A DNA stretch of 64,000 nucleotides. Origin: an uncultured Ignavibacteria bacterium (GTDB lineage Bacteria > Zixibacteria > MSB-5A5 > JAABVY01 > JAHJOQ01). Each line of letters begins with the position of its first letter. Position 1 is the first letter of the stretch. The translations under genes and the position numbers were made by a program. This document shows, one piece after another, positions 1 to 9,457 of this stretch. The stretch covers positions 35,128 through 99,127 of the forward strand of contig CAYQCE010000004.1 in assembly GCA_964415885.1 (NCBI GenBank), written 5' to 3'. Below the pieces are notes generated by a model that worked only from the letters and a program-made list of their open reading frames with translations, was not told the DNA's origin and made no database searches.

Positions 1-261
1 TTGACCCGGGTTTCAAAGGTAGTTGCTCACGAAGATATACGCGGATCACGAAACGGTTATCAAAGATGCAAGTGTGGACGCGTCATTCCGCCTCCGCGGG
101 ACTCCTCGCGATGACGGTTTTCCCAGCAATGCGAACTTTTTCAACAAGCACCTGCGCGGGGGTGACAGGAAGGCTCGGGGGTGACGTGAGAGCGAAGATG
201 ACAGGAGGGCGCGAAGTGAATGGTGTTGCTGAGACAGCTCCCCGTACAGTATCAAACGACC

Positions 262-296
262 AAAAAAACCGCCGGACTATTAAGCCCGGCGGTTTT
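262..296 (-). terminator. Rho-independent terminator downstream of icd
   Basis: Inverted repeat AAAACCGCCGG (265-275) / CCGGCGGTTTT (286-296) with a 10-nt loop. On the minus strand the GC-rich stem is followed by a run of 7 T, about 28 nt after the icd stop. Confidence 0.75.
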
Positions 297-323
297 CTAT
301 TCGCGCGAATCGCTTTTTAGCTA

Positions 324-1571
324 TTACATGTTCTTGATTATCGCGGAGGCGAAGTCGGACGTACCGACTTTCGTCGCACCTTCCATCTGACGCTCCAGAT
401 CATAAGTCACCGTCTTCTGCAGGATGGTCTTCTCGAGAGCCTTGTAGACCATATCCGCAGAATCCTTCCAGCCGAGATACTCGAGCATCATGCAGCCGGA
501 GAGAATGAGCGAGCCCGGATTGATGACATCGAGGTTCGCATACTTCGGCGCGGTGCCGTGCGTGGCCTCGAACAGCCCGATGTAATCGCCGATGTTCGCG
601 CCGGGAGCCATCCCGAGACCGCCGACCTGCGCAGCGCAGGCGTCGGAGAGATAGTCCCCGTTTAAGTTCGGAGTGCAGACGACGTCGTACTCATCGGTAC
701 GCGTCAGCACCTGCTGGAACATCGAATCGGCGATACGATCCTTGATCAGGATCTTGCCTTCCGGAACCTTGCCGTCGTGCTTCTCCCAGACCTCGTCCTC
801 GGAGATCGTCTGATCCGGATACTCGCGGGCCGCGAGTTTATATCCCCAATCACGGAACGCGCCCTCGGTGAACTTCATGATATTGCCCTTGTGGACAAGC
901 GTAACCGACTTGCGTCCGCGCTCGATCGCGTATTCGATCCCCTTCTTCACCAGACGCTCTGTACCGGTAATCGAGATCGGCTTCACACCGATGCCGGAGT
1001 CTTTACGGATATTGAGGTCAAAGGTGTCGTTCAGGTAGTTGATGACCTTCTTTACATCATCGGAGCCTTCCTGCCACTCGATTCCCGCGTAGACATCCTC
1101 GGTGTTCTCACGGAAGATAACCACGTCCATCTTCTCGGGGCTCTTCACCGGTGACGGCACCCCCTGGAACCAGCGAACCGGGCGGACGCATGCGTACAGA
1201 TCGAGCACCTGTCGAAGCGTGACATTCAGGCTGCGAAATCCGCCGCCCACGGGCGTGGTTAACGGACCTTTGAGCGCTACGATGAATTCACGGATCGCCT
1301 CGATCGTGTCTTTCGGGAGCCATTCGCCGTATTTCTCGTTCGCTGCCTCACCGGCGTAAACGTCGAACCAGACGATCTTCTTCTTGCCATCGAACGTCTT
1401 TTCGACCGCGGCGTCGAGCACGCGACGAGTCGCCTTGCTTATATCCGTACCGATACCGTCACCCTCGATCATCGGAATAATCGGTTTGTCCGGTATGTTC
1501 AGTTTGCCATCTTGTACTGTGATCTTCTCGCCGTCACTCGGCGGGGTAATCTTGTCGTATGCCACAGGCAA
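324..1571 (-). CDS. icd: NADP-dependent isocitrate dehydrogenase
   Basis: 415-aa [16 protein letters not shown] near the N-terminus and NLNGDYLSD; length and motifs typical of the homodimeric prokaryotic IDH family. Confidence 0.95.
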   Translation of the reverse strand: MPVAYDKITPPSDGEKITVQDGKLNIPDKPIIPMIEGDGIGTDISKATRRVLDAAVEKTFDGKKKIVWFDVYAGEAANEKYGEWLPKDTIEAIREFIVALKGPLTTPVGGGFRSLNVTLRQVLDLYACVRPVRWFQGVPSPVKSPEKMDVVIFRENTEDVYAGIEWQEGSDDVKKVINYLNDTFDLNIRKDSGIGVKPISITGTERLVKKGIEYAIERGRKSVTLVHKGNIMKFTEGAFRDWGYKLAAREYPDQTISEDEVWEKHDGKVPEGKILIKDRIADSMFQQVLTRTDEYDVVCTPNLNGDYLSDACAAQVGGLGMAPGANIGDYIGLFEATHGTAPKYANLDVINPGSLILSGCMMLEYLGWKDSADMVYKALEKTILQKTVTYDLERQMEGATKVGTSDFASAIIKNM

Positions 1572-1589
1572 TTCCTTTCCCAGAGTTGG

Positions 1590-2522
1590 TTAGTACCCAA
1601 TTTCCTTCAGATGCTCTTTGTACGTATTACCCGACTTCTGAAGCAGTGCGAGGTCCTCATCTTTGAGCTTCAGCTCGATGACCTTCTCTACACCGTTGGC
1701 ACCGAGAACGCACGGCACGCCGATGTAGACATCGCTCAGACCATACTGACCGGTCAGGTAGCTTGAGCACGGAAGCACGCGCTTGCGATCGAGCAGCACA
1801 GATTCGACCATCTGAACCGACGCACGCGCCGGGGCATAGTATGCAGAGCCGGTCTTGAGCAGCTTGACAATCTCGCCGCCACCGACTCTCGTGCGATCCG
1901 CTATCTCCTTGATGCGATCGGCAGGAATCAGCTCGGTAATCGGGATACCGGCGACGGTGGTATAGTCCGGAAGCGGGACCATTGTGTCACCGTGGCCGCC
2001 AAGAACCATCGCCTGGGTGTCATTCACGGATACACCAAGCTCCATCGCCACAAACGTGCGGAAACGGATCGAGTCGAGAATGCCAGCCTGGCCGAAGACA
2101 CGGTTGGTGTCGAATCCGGTCACCTTCCATGCGTGATAAGTCATCAGATCGAGCGGATTCGCGACCATTATAACCATCGAGTTGGGAGCAAACTTGACAA
2201 TATTCTCGCCCACACTCTTGATGATCTCGGCGTTCGCCTTGAGAAGGTCCTCTCGGGACATGCCGGGCTTGCGGGCAAGACCTGAGGTGACTACGACAAT
2301 CTCCGAGTCCGCGATATGCTCATACTCGAACGTACCGATAATCGTGCAATCGTATTCATCAATGGGACCGGCCTGCATAAGATCGAGCGCCTTGCCCGCC
2401 GGCATACCTTCCTTTTCCGGAATATCAACTACAACGATATCACATAGATTCTTCTGTGCGAGATACTGGGCTACCGAAGCACCAACATTACCCGCGCCTA
2501 TTACAGAGACTTTTCTCCGCAT
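1590..2522 (-). CDS. mdh: Malate dehydrogenase (LDH-like MDH family)
   Basis: 310 aa. N-terminal Rossmann motif KVSVIGAGNVGAS. LDH/MDH core GGHGDTMVP. Confidence 0.93.
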   Translation of the reverse strand: MRRKVSVIGAGNVGASVAQYLAQKNLCDIVVVDIPEKEGMPAGKALDLMQAGPIDEYDCTIIGTFEYEHIADSEIVVVTSGLARKPGMSREDLLKANAEIIKSVGENIVKFAPNSMVIMVANPLDLMTYHAWKVTGFDTNRVFGQAGILDSIRFRTFVAMELGVSVNDTQAMVLGGHGDTMVPLPDYTTVAGIPITELIPADRIKEIADRTRVGGGEIVKLLKTGSAYYAPARASVQMVESVLLDRKRVLPCSSYLTGQYGLSDVYIGVPCVLGANGVEKVIELKLKDEDLALLQKSGNTYKEHLKEIGY

Positions 2523-2546
2523 GTACTCCTCCTGTTCTGTTTGTCG

Positions 2547-3794
2547 CTACGCGGCCTGTTGCAAGTAGGGTACAACATGACCCGCATCATTTATCACCAT
2601 AACTTTTGTGTCATCACCAAATCTGTCAAGCTCGGATTTGATTAGCGTCTCGACATCGCGAGCAGGCCTGAGATACACCTTTTCGACAACGTCATCCTGC
2701 AATTCGGATTTCAGGTAGATATTGATCCTTCGCTGCAACTGTGCCGTTCTGTACAGCTTGTGATACCCCAGCGTATAGCTGGTCGGAGCCACCTTGAGGA
2801 TCGACTCCGGCGTCGGATAGCGCGTGGCAAGATCGTAGAAAGCGTCATTGCCAATGCCCTCGTTGCATGCTGATACGACGACAAGCGTTCCGCCATCCTC
2901 GACAGCCAGGCTCGCATTCTCATACGACTTCTGGAGTTGATACAGGTTTCGATCCAACGGTTTCGATTGCACTGCGATAGCGAGACGATATCTCCGCTGT
3001 ATCGGCACCATATACACTCGTACCGCTGCCGCTACTGCCCTGTCGTACGAATCCCAGAGATCGCCGACGAACGAATCGACAAGTTTCTTCGATGAATCCA
3101 GGACGAACTGTATCGAGAAGATCGCGCTTCTACGAAGGAAACTGGCCGCCTCACGGATCGATTTCGCAACCGGGTTATTCGTAAGGTTCCCCGGAACGCA
3201 CGCCCTGGATACGGCCATGCGATGATTCGCCTCGATTGTCGTGTGATGCGCGAGTCCGGGCATAAACGACTTCGGTCCTCCGGTAAAACCGGCGAAATAG
3301 TGCGGTTCGACCGAACCAATCACGATTGTCTTGTCCGCCCACTGAAGCGATTTGTGCAGCCTTATAGGGGTGCCATCCTGCCAGCGACCAAACTGATAAA
3401 ACTGCTCATCTTCCTTCGCATCCGAGCAAAGGACCTCGAATCTGTCTTGGGGAAAATCCTCTCCCACGATCTCCGTAATCTCGGAATCGGTAGGCGCCCC
3501 GTGCAATCCGGCCGCAATCACGACTTTCGTCTCCGGTATGCGCTCCAGAAACGGCAGTAGAGCCTGCAGGGCAAGGGGCGTTGGAGTGGCACGGAACGAA
3601 TCGTTGACGACTATCAGCACCCGCTCCGCACCAGTAAGGAACTCGGCGAGGCGCGAGTGATTCAGCAGCTCGAGCATATTCTCCCAACTGGAATCGCCAA
3701 TAGAGTACGGTGCCGGCTCTATCACACCGCCATATCGATCATCCGGTATTTCCACTTTCAACTCATCATTGCCGTATGCCATGCGGATTACCAT
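2547..3794 (-). CDS. LarA-family nickel-pincer-dependent 2-hydroxyacid racemase/epimerase homologue
   Basis: 415 aa. Segment SVEPHYFAGFTGGPKSFMPGLAHHTTIEANH matches the LarA catalytic-His / cofactor-tethering-Lys / His block. An upstream AAGLHG corresponds to the first catalytic His region. Confidence 0.8.
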   Translation of the reverse strand: MVIRMAYGNDELKVEIPDDRYGGVIEPAPYSIGDSSWENMLELLNHSRLAEFLTGAERVLIVVNDSFRATPTPLALQALLPFLERIPETKVVIAAGLHGAPTDSEITEIVGEDFPQDRFEVLCSDAKEDEQFYQFGRWQDGTPIRLHKSLQWADKTIVIGSVEPHYFAGFTGGPKSFMPGLAHHTTIEANHRMAVSRACVPGNLTNNPVAKSIREAASFLRRSAIFSIQFVLDSSKKLVDSFVGDLWDSYDRAVAAAVRVYMVPIQRRYRLAIAVQSKPLDRNLYQLQKSYENASLAVEDGGTLVVVSACNEGIGNDAFYDLATRYPTPESILKVAPTSYTLGYHKLYRTAQLQRRINIYLKSELQDDVVEKVYLRPARDVETLIKSELDRFGDDTKVMVINDAGHVVPYLQQAA

Positions 3795-3811
3795 AGTCGA
3801 AACAAGACCCG

Positions 3812-4219
3812 CTACAAATCCGGGAAGAAAAACCTGGTTTCATTCCGGGCCGTATCTTCGCCATCAGACGCATGCACCGAGTTACACTGGATGTCCTTAC
3901 CGTAGACATCACGTATCGTCCCACTCGCCGCATTCTCAGGATCGGTTGCGCCTGCAAGATCACGCAGGTCGAGAATGGCGTTCTCCTTCTCCAGAACGAC
4001 CGGCACAACCGGCCCGGATGACATAAAGTCCACGAGATCATCCAGAAACGGCTTCCCCTCGTGCACCGCATAAAACTTGCGTGCCTCACTTCGTTCAAGA
4101 TGTACCATCTTCATAGCAACTATCCTGAATCGCGCGGCTTCCACCCGGCTCAGGATTTGTCCGACCAGGTTCCGTTCCGTAGCGTCAGGTTTGATTATCA
4201 GGAGCGTTCTCTGGACCAT
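3812..4219 (-). CDS. ndk: Nucleoside diphosphate kinase
   Basis: 135 aa. RTLLIIKPDA start, NSVHASD active-site His region. Confidence 0.95.
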   Translation of the reverse strand: MVQRTLLIIKPDATERNLVGQILSRVEAARFRIVAMKMVHLERSEARKFYAVHEGKPFLDDLVDFMSSGPVVPVVLEKENAILDLRDLAGATDPENAASGTIRDVYGKDIQCNSVHASDGEDTARNETRFFFPDL

Positions 4220-4242
4220 CCAATCCTCACTGTTGACATCGA

Positions 4243-4818
4243 TCAGAATTTCTTGTCTTTAGCGATTTTGAATCCGAGCTCGAGTGCCTTCAGATTCTTC
4301 TCCTCCGTGCCCTTCGGAGCTCTGCTGTGCACCACTTCCCGCAGCGCCTCTTTCGAGACGATACTTGTCAGCTCACAGAGCGCGCCGAGCGAAATCACAT
4401 TCGCCACCATCGCAACACCGATTTCATGACGTGCGAGCTGAACGAACGGAAATCCGAAATGTCTCGGCGTTGGCGGCTGAGTCACGAGATGTGAATCCAC
4501 GACGAGTATTCCGCCCTCTTTGAGGTCGTGGAAGTACCTGTCGCAAGCCTCCTGCGTGAGCGCGAGTAGCAGGTCCAGCTTCATAGTCTTCGGGTAGTAT
4601 ATCTCCGTATCCGAGATAACGACGTCCGCCCTGGACGCTCCCCCTCGCGCCTCCGGGCCATACGACTGGCTCTGAACCACGTTCTTGCCGTCGATGGTGC
4701 CTATCGCCTCTGCGAGAATAACTCCGGCGAGGATAAGTCCCTGACCACCGGAGCCAGAGAGACGAACCTCGTAGCGCTCGGCCTCGACCGCCTTCCTCTG
4801 TTTGGTCTTAATCGTCAT
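4243..4818 (-). CDS. korC: 2-oxoglutarate:ferredoxin oxidoreductase, gamma subunit
   Basis: 191 aa. SGSGGQGLILAG motif of the pyruvate/2-oxoacid:ferredoxin oxidoreductase gamma family. Last gene of a delta-alpha-beta-gamma set. Confidence 0.9.
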   Translation of the reverse strand: MTIKTKQRKAVEAERYEVRLSGSGGQGLILAGVILAEAIGTIDGKNVVQSQSYGPEARGGASRADVVISDTEIYYPKTMKLDLLLALTQEACDRYFHDLKEGGILVVDSHLVTQPPTPRHFGFPFVQLARHEIGVAMVANVISLGALCELTSIVSKEALREVVHSRAPKGTEEKNLKALELGFKIAKDKKF

Positions 4819-4820
4819 GC

Positions 4821-5657
4821 CTACCTCGCCTCCTTCTTCTGCAGTTGGTCGACAAGCTGCTGATAGTGCTCGCAGAATTCGAGTTTTTCTTCATCGTGCA
4901 GCACACCTGTCACGAACTTACCCTCCATCTTCTCCGGAGGCAGTTTGCGCGCAGCCTGAATCGGCATCGCATGCCCTTTAAGCCACTTGAGCATCTCGAC
5001 AGCATCGCCCTCCTTGTTGAGACGGCCGAAGTAAGTATGACAGTTGGACATCACCTCGACCACCGAGAAGCCCTTCTTGCTCAACGCACCGGTTATCATC
5101 TTGTCGAGCTGATCGACATGATACACGGTGGATCGCGCAACGTATGCCGCACCGGAGGCTATCGCCAACTTCGCGGCATCGAAGTTCTGCTCCAGATTGC
5201 CGTACGGAGCGGTAGAACCACGCTTGCCGGTAGGTGTCGTGGGCGAGAACTGCCCACCCGTCATTCCATAAATCCAGTTGTTTGCCAGAATCACGGTAAT
5301 ATCGATGTTGCGCCTGCAGGCATGAATGAAGTGATTTCCACCAATCGCGAGACAGTCGCCGTCTCCGGTGACCACAATCACCTTCAGACGTGAGTTCGCA
5401 ACCTTGACGCCGGTCGCAAACGCTATCGCACGGCCGTGTGTCGTGTGAAGCGTGTTAAAATCGACATATACCGGCAGCCTCGATGAACACCCGATGCCGG
5501 AGCAGACGACAATATCATCCTTCGGTATCTGGAGTGCGTCAATCGAACGGATCATCGAACCGAGAATCACACCCAGACCGCAACCCGAACACCAAACATG
5601 CGGGAATTTCTTCTTCGGTCGGAGGTAGTGATGAATTACATCAGACTTGGGTACCAT
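4821..5657 (-). CDS. korB: 2-oxoglutarate:ferredoxin oxidoreductase, beta (TPP-binding) subunit
   Basis: 278 aa. WCSGCGLG N-terminal motif and GDGD TPP-binding motif. Confidence 0.92.
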   Translation of the reverse strand: MVPKSDVIHHYLRPKKKFPHVWCSGCGLGVILGSMIRSIDALQIPKDDIVVCSGIGCSSRLPVYVDFNTLHTTHGRAIAFATGVKVANSRLKVIVVTGDGDCLAIGGNHFIHACRRNIDITVILANNWIYGMTGGQFSPTTPTGKRGSTAPYGNLEQNFDAAKLAIASGAAYVARSTVYHVDQLDKMITGALSKKGFSVVEVMSNCHTYFGRLNKEGDAVEMLKWLKGHAMPIQAARKLPPEKMEGKFVTGVLHDEEKLEFCEHYQQLVDQLQKKEAR

Positions 5658-6798
5658 GATGCTTTACCTCCTTGATCTTGTTGAGTATCTGTGCCGGGGT
5701 TATCAACTCTCCGTCATACCGCTGCATCGGGATGATCTCGGTGTGACGCCTGTCGACATGATGCTTGATCATATTGATAAGCTGCCCCTGATTGAGCTCC
5801 GCCACGATGAGCTTTCGAACATTGCGCAGTTGTTTGCGAAGAGTATTAACCGCGAGTGGCCAGATTGCCTTCGGCCTGACAGCACCGACTTTGAGGCGCT
5901 GATCCCGAGCCATCATAACTGCCTGTTTTGCAGCGCGAGCCACGATGCCGTACGAGATAATCGCCACTTTCGGATCGTCGTCCATTTCAGTCAGTTCGAA
6001 CTCGCAGATCGTCTCGTTGTTCTTGATTATCTTGTCCTTCAGCTTATCGAGCATCAGGGTTATCTCGGCCGGTTCCGCTGTTGGGAACCCCAACTGATCG
6101 TGTGTCAAACCGGTAATATTAAAACGGTAGCCGTCACCGAAACTCGCCATCGGCGAGACTCCGGTCGGGCTGATCTCGAAATGCTTGTACCAGTCCGGAG
6201 GCACGGTGGGTTTTCGACGCTCGACCATCCTCACCTCGTCCAGAGTCGGTATCTCCACCTTCTCACGCATGTGAGCGATGACTTCGTCCAGCAGAACAAC
6301 CACCGGAGTGCGATATGATTCGGCGAGATTCACCGCATCGATGGTTGAATGAAGAATCTCCTCGACACTCGATGGTGCAACTGCAATAGCGTGATAGTCA
6401 CCGTGCGGACCAAAACCCGCCTGCATCGTGTCTGCCTGCGACACCTTCGTTGGGAGGCCCGTGGATGGGCCGCCACGCTGGACATCGATGATCACACACG
6501 GCGTCTCCGTGATGTAGGCGTATCCTATGTTCTCCTGCATGAGGGAGAATCCGGGACCCGACGTCGCCGTCATCGACTTAACACCCGCACAGGATGCGCC
6601 GATTATCGCGGCCATCGACGCAATCTCATCTTCCATCTGTATAAAACGTCCACCAATTTGTGGCAGCCTTCGGGCCATCCCCTCGGCCACCTCTGTAGAG
6701 GGCGTAATCGGATAGCCGCCGAAAAAACGGACACCGGCCAGGATTGCGCCTTCCACACAGGCCTCATTTCCCTGAAGTAACTTGACTTCTCTTTCCAT
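5641..6798 (-). CDS. korA: 2-oxoglutarate:ferredoxin oxidoreductase, alpha subunit
   Basis: GNEACVEGAILAGVRFFGGYPITPSTEV. Start moved to the internal ATG at 6798 (MEREVKLLQGNEA), because the longer ORF-track start runs through korD. Confidence 0.9.
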   Translation of the reverse strand: MEREVKLLQGNEACVEGAILAGVRFFGGYPITPSTEVAEGMARRLPQIGGRFIQMEDEIASMAAIIGASCAGVKSMTATSGPGFSLMQENIGYAYITETPCVIIDVQRGGPSTGLPTKVSQADTMQAGFGPHGDYHAIAVAPSSVEEILHSTIDAVNLAESYRTPVVVLLDEVIAHMREKVEIPTLDEVRMVERRKPTVPPDWYKHFEISPTGVSPMASFGDGYRFNITGLTHDQLGFPTAEPAEITLMLDKLKDKIIKNNETICEFELTEMDDDPKVAIISYGIVARAAKQAVMMARDQRLKVGAVRPKAIWPLAVNTLRKQLRNVRKLIVAELNQGQLINMIKHHVDRRHTEIIPMQRYDGELITPAQILNKIKEVKHHGTQV

Positions 6799-6809
6799 CC
6801 GGCGCTCCT

Positions 6810-7097
6810 CTACTTCTCTGTCGATACGATTGCCAAGTCCGGGCAGTGCAGCCAGCAGAAAGCACACTGCGTGCACTCGTCCGGATGGGCGATTATCGGT
6901 TTGCCGTCTCTATCCGGTTCGAAGACCTTTTGAGGACAAAAGGCTATGCATATGTTGCAGCCCTTGCACCAGTGATAGAAGATTTTCAAAGGAGGGCCTT
7001 CGCGCTTCTCCTTCTTCTTCTTGTCACCGGTTTCTTCTTTGGCCTTTGTCTCCGGGGACGTCTCTTTTGTCTTCTCTGAGTCGTCAGCCATTCTCAC
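6810..7097 (-). CDS. korD: 2-oxoglutarate:ferredoxin oxidoreductase, delta (2x[4Fe-4S] ferredoxin-like) subunit with a K/E-rich N-terminal extension
   Basis: 95 aa. Two cluster motifs, CKGCNICIAFCP and CTQCAFCWLHCP, preceded by about 37 aa of DSEKTKETSPETKAKEETGDKKKKEKRE. Confidence 0.88.
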   Translation of the reverse strand: MRMADDSEKTKETSPETKAKEETGDKKKKEKREGPPLKIFYHWCKGCNICIAFCPQKVFEPDRDGKPIIAHPDECTQCAFCWLHCPDLAIVSTEK

Positions 7098-7113
7098 TTA
7101 CTCCCGACAAGTT

Positions 7114-8316
7114 CTATTTCTTGCGCCTGACCGTTGTTCTTTTCGACTTCTTCACTGTCTTTTTCCTGGGCGACTTCTTCGCAGTCTTCTTTGTCGCCTT
7201 CTTTGTCGATTTCCCGGTTGCCTTCTTCTTCGTCGCTTTCCTGGTCGCCCTCTTCGCAGTCTTCCTGGCAGTCTTCTTGGCAGTTTTCTTTTTGGCTGCC
7301 TTACTGACAGTCTTGCGGGTCGTAGTCTTCTTTGCAGCTCTTTTCTTTACAGCTTTCTTCTTTGCAGGCTTTTTGGCAGACTTCTTAGTGGACTTCTTTG
7401 CCGCAGTCTTCTTCGGCTTCTTCGCGCGGTACTTCTTCAGCTCTTCGGCCATCAAATCCGCCACCTGCGATGGAGTCTCCGCAACAGGTATTCCCGCGGC
7501 ATTCAGGGCCTTGACCTTATCCGCCGCAGTCCCGGTACCTCCGGAAATAATCGCACCTGCATGCCCCATCCTCTTTCCGGGAGGAGCCGTCCGGCCGGCG
7601 ATGAATGCCACAACCGGCTTTGTAACATGCTTCCTGATATACTCCGCGGCCTCTTCCTCGTCCGATCCACCGATCTCGCCGATCATAACCATCGCCTCGG
7701 TCTGCGGATCTTCCTCGAACGCCTTGAGGCAGTCAATGAAGTTCGTTCCGATTATCTGATCACCGCCGATCCCGATACAGGTCGACTGCCCAAGCCCCTT
7801 CAGGGTGAGATTGTACACGACTTCATAGGTCAACGTTCCTGAGCGGGAAACGACGCCCACTTTGCCCTTCTTATGGATATGACCCGGCATAATCCCGACC
7901 TTCGTAATTTCGGGGGCAATGATTCCGGGACAGTTTGGCCCAATCAGTCTGCAATCGGTGTGATTATCTATGTAGTTTCTCACCTTCAACATGTCGTTCG
8001 CCGGAACACCTTCCGTAATACATACGACAAGTTTGACGCCGGAATCAACTGCTTCATAGATTGCGTCGATTGAAAACGCCACCGGGACGTAGATAACGGC
8101 GGTATTTGCCGCTGTCTGTTCCACAGCATCCTTAACCGTGTTGAAAATCGGGATGCCGTCGAGGTCCTGACCGCCTTTGCCGGGTGTTACGCCGGCGACT
8201 ACCTTCGAGCCGTACTCCTTCATGGCCCTGGCGTGGAATGAACCGTCTCTGCCGGTTATTCCCTGCACGACTATCTTTGTATTCCTGTCAACGAATATAC
8301 TCATATCTAACCTCAA
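7114..8316 (-). CDS. sucD: Succinyl-CoA synthetase alpha subunit fused to a 107-aa lysine-rich C-terminal tail
   Basis: 400 aa. The first ~290 aa are canonical SucD ([18 protein letters not shown] phosphohistidine loop). The remaining 107 aa are KKxA/KKTA-type low complexity. Confidence 0.93.
   Translation of the reverse strand: MRLDMSIFVDRNTKIVVQGITGRDGSFHARAMKEYGSKVVAGVTPGKGGQDLDGIPIFNTVKDAVEQTAANTAVIYVPVAFSIDAIYEAVDSGVKLVVCITEGVPANDMLKVRNYIDNHTDCRLIGPNCPGIIAPEITKVGIMPGHIHKKGKVGVVSRSGTLTYEVVYNLTLKGLGQSTCIGIGGDQIIGTNFIDCLKAFEEDPQTEAMVMIGEIGGSDEEEAAEYIRKHVTKPVVAFIAGRTAPPGKRMGHAGAIISGGTGTAADKVKALNAAGIPVAETPSQVADLMAEELKKYRAKKPKKTAAKKSTKKSAKKPAKKKAVKKRAAKKTTTRKTVSKAAKKKTAKKTARKTAKRATRKATKKKATGKSTKKATKKTAKKSPRKKTVKKSKRTTVRRKK
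7117..7437 (-). repeat. Low-complexity lysine-rich coding repeat (SucD tail)
   Basis: By my count, 56 of 107 codons encode K or R, and none encode D or E. On the plus strand it appears as repeated cttctt/ctttgc units, which generate two long spurious F/L-rich ORFs. Confidence 0.9.
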
Positions 8317-8323
8317 TCCTCCC

Positions 8324-9457
8324 TTATACGCCGGCTACTTCAATGGCTTTTTGTACTACTTCATCCATAGTGCTGGCGGCAGCAAGATTGACAGATTCGA
8401 GAATCTTGCGCGCCTCCTCCTCGTTCGTGCCGGTCAGTCTTATCACGATCGGCACATCCGGCCTCATCTGATTGATCGCCGAGACGATTCCGTTCGCGAC
8501 ATCATCGCAGCGGGTGATACCGCCGAATATGTTAAAGAGGATCGCTTTCACATTCGAGTCACGTAAAATTATTTCCATGGCTCGTACGACCTTCTCCGGG
8601 TTGGAGGATCCACCGATGTCGAGGAAATTCGCCGGCTCACCGCCGAAGTACTTCACGAGGTCCATTGTTGCCATCGCGAGGCCTGCACCGTTCACGATGC
8701 AGCCGATGTTTCCGTCGAGCTTAACAAATGACAACCCGGCATCACGGGCATCCATTTCCGATTGCTCTTCGGCGTCCATATCGCGGAGTTCCTCGATCTC
8801 CGGGTGGCGATACAGGCCGTTGTCATCGATGTTTATTTTTGCATCGATCGCGAGAACTCTGCCGTCACCGGTAGTTATGAGAGGATTGATCTCGGCCAGT
8901 GAGGCGTCGACCGCAAAATAGGCTTCATAGAGTTGGATTATTATCTTCGCCGCCTGCTTGACCAGATTCGGATCGTCATAAAGTTTGTAGGCCAGCCAGC
9001 GGGCTTCATACATCGATATCCCGCGAAGCGGATCGATATGCTTCTTGAAAATCTTCTCAGGGGTCTCAGCGGCGACCTGCTCGATATCGATTCCGCCAGC
9101 CGGTGATACCATGAAAACCGGTTTCTTCGCCGAACGATCGATGATAATGCCGACGTACGATTCGGACGTGATATCGACCGCCTCAGTCACGAGCACTTTC
9201 TTAACTGTCAGTCCCTTGATATCCATGCCCAGGATGTTTGAGGCATGCTCGTAGGCGACGTCCGGACTCTCGCAGTATTTCACGCCGCCGGCCTTACCAC
9301 GTCCCCCAACATGTACCTGAGCCTTAACCATTACCGGCTTGCCGATTCTCTCGGCAACAGCCTTTGCATCATCAGCAGTCGTCACGACCTCGCCGGGCGG
9401 TACCGGCATACCGTGACGCGCAAAAATGTCCTTTGCCTGGTATTCGTGAATCTTCAT
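8324..9457 (-). CDS. sucC: Succinyl-CoA synthetase beta subunit
   Basis: 377 aa. [12 protein letters not shown] start and ATP-grasp region [19 protein letters not shown]. Confidence 0.95.
   Translation of the reverse strand: MKIHEYQAKDIFARHGMPVPPGEVVTTADDAKAVAERIGKPVMVKAQVHVGGRGKAGGVKYCESPDVAYEHASNILGMDIKGLTVKKVLVTEAVDITSESYVGIIIDRSAKKPVFMVSPAGGIDIEQVAAETPEKIFKKHIDPLRGISMYEARWLAYKLYDDPNLVKQAAKIIIQLYEAYFAVDASLAEINPLITTGDGRVLAIDAKINIDDNGLYRHPEIEELRDMDAEEQSEMDARDAGLSFVKLDGNIGCIVNGAGLAMATMDLVKYFGGEPANFLDIGGSSNPEKVVRAMEIILRDSNVKAILFNIFGGITRCDDVANGIVSAINQMRPDVPIVIRLTGTNEEEARKILESVNLAAASTMDEVVQKAIEVAGV

Noticed and set aside
150-250. Weak resemblance to RNase P RNA P4 strands (AGGAAGGCUCGGGG ... 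ACAGCUCCCCGUACAG)
   Set aside because: The two segments are only ~75 nt apart, whereas the P4 strands of bacterial RNase P RNA are separated by roughly 250-300 nt. The other universally conserved regions were not found.
6782-7842. Two overlapping plus-strand ORFs (325 aa and 273 aa) extremely rich in F/L/A
   Set aside because: They are the reverse-complement reading of the lysine-rich (AAG/AAA) SucD tail and KorD extension, so they are low-complexity mirror artefacts.
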